Position numbers and translations under genes: made by a program. The notes beneath the pieces were generated by a model. That model searched no databases. It had not been told where the DNA came from and worked only from the letters and a program-made list of their open reading frames with translations. This document shows positions 51,850 to 52,330 of a DNA stretch of 52,330 bases, piece after piece (the stretch's first letter is position 1; every line of letters starts with the position of its first letter). Source of the DNA: Ancylonema sp. (Eukaryota); contig JBFLGF010000192.1 of NCBI GenBank assembly GCA_050230475.1, positions 1 to 52,330 on the forward strand. The letters are read 5' to 3'.

Positions 51850-52330
51850 ACGACATGACACTTGGAATGCCACATGGACTGTCACAATGAAGCCACACGT
51901 CAAGTTCCGTGTACGTATCATATGACACGTCACACGTGACACGTAGCATTTAGCTAAGAAGCTTCCGCTTCGGTGAATGCACACCTTAGGTTTCCTCCTC
52001 GAATACGTGAGTAATATTAAGAAACTAAAATATGAGATGACACGTGGAATGCCACGTGGCATTCCACATGGCATATTTTAACGAAGCCACCTGTCAAGTG
52101 CTCACCGTACACTTGTTTTGTTCCACGTATCATATGACACGTCACACGTAACACGTGGCATTTAGCTACGTAGCTTCCGTCACGGAGAAAGCAACACGTG
52201 GCAATAACCCTCTCTGTTAAGATATGTGTAAAACGGACACGTGTTACGTTAAAAGTGACACGTGACACGTGGTAGCTTACTCAATTACACGCGGTACGGA
52301 GAAAGTGACACATGGCAATAACCATGTCCT
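51850..52330. repeat. CACGTG/GACACG-rich imperfect direct repeat running off the window end
   Basis: ~51853-51975 recurs at ~52035-52185 (CGTATCATATGACACGTCACACGT(G/A)ACACGT(A/G)GCATTTAGCTA), with further partial copies to 52330. Confidence 0.8.

Noticed and set aside
51850..52330. CRISPR-like array (also considered for 46470-46590, 48390-48720, 12977-13080)
   Set aside because: No constant repeat with unique, equal-length spacers, no cas genes, eukaryotic context.

Overview
Eukaryotic, intron-rich genomic DNA of plant-lineage type. The gene set (front-end delta-5-like desaturase, SLAC/SLAH channel, GH9, nepenthesin-type protease) suggests a streptophyte alga or non-seed plant; this is inference. 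Splicing the exons by hand gives eight recognisable genes: the 3' end of a front-end fatty-acid desaturase (+, 67-1075), an A1 aspartic protease (-, 2755-6282), an N-myristoylated EF-hand protein (+, 7998-10157), a GH9 endoglucanase (+, 15570-19797), an LSMT-class SET protein (-, 25268-28704), a TruA pseudouridine synthase (+, ~29534-33326), a type II membrane DUF4422-like glycosyltransferase (+, 36678-38640) and a SLAC1/SLAH anion channel with two apparent indels (+, ~40587-43096). There is also one unidentified multi-exon locus (-, 20816-24407). Intergenic DNA is full of non-autonomous DNA transposons (hAT-like with an 8-bp TSD, Mutator-like with a 9-bp TSD, CCGTA-ended elements, some nested), a ~580-bp foldback and long microsatellites. 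The most unusual items are the intron-containing, Golgi-type DUF4422/GT111-like protein and a membrane-anchored SET protein whose invariant Tyr is replaced by Phe. No rRNA, tRNA or CRISPR array was seen. Exon boundaries are manual calls and need RNA-seq confirmation; all family assignments come from motif recognition, not database searches.
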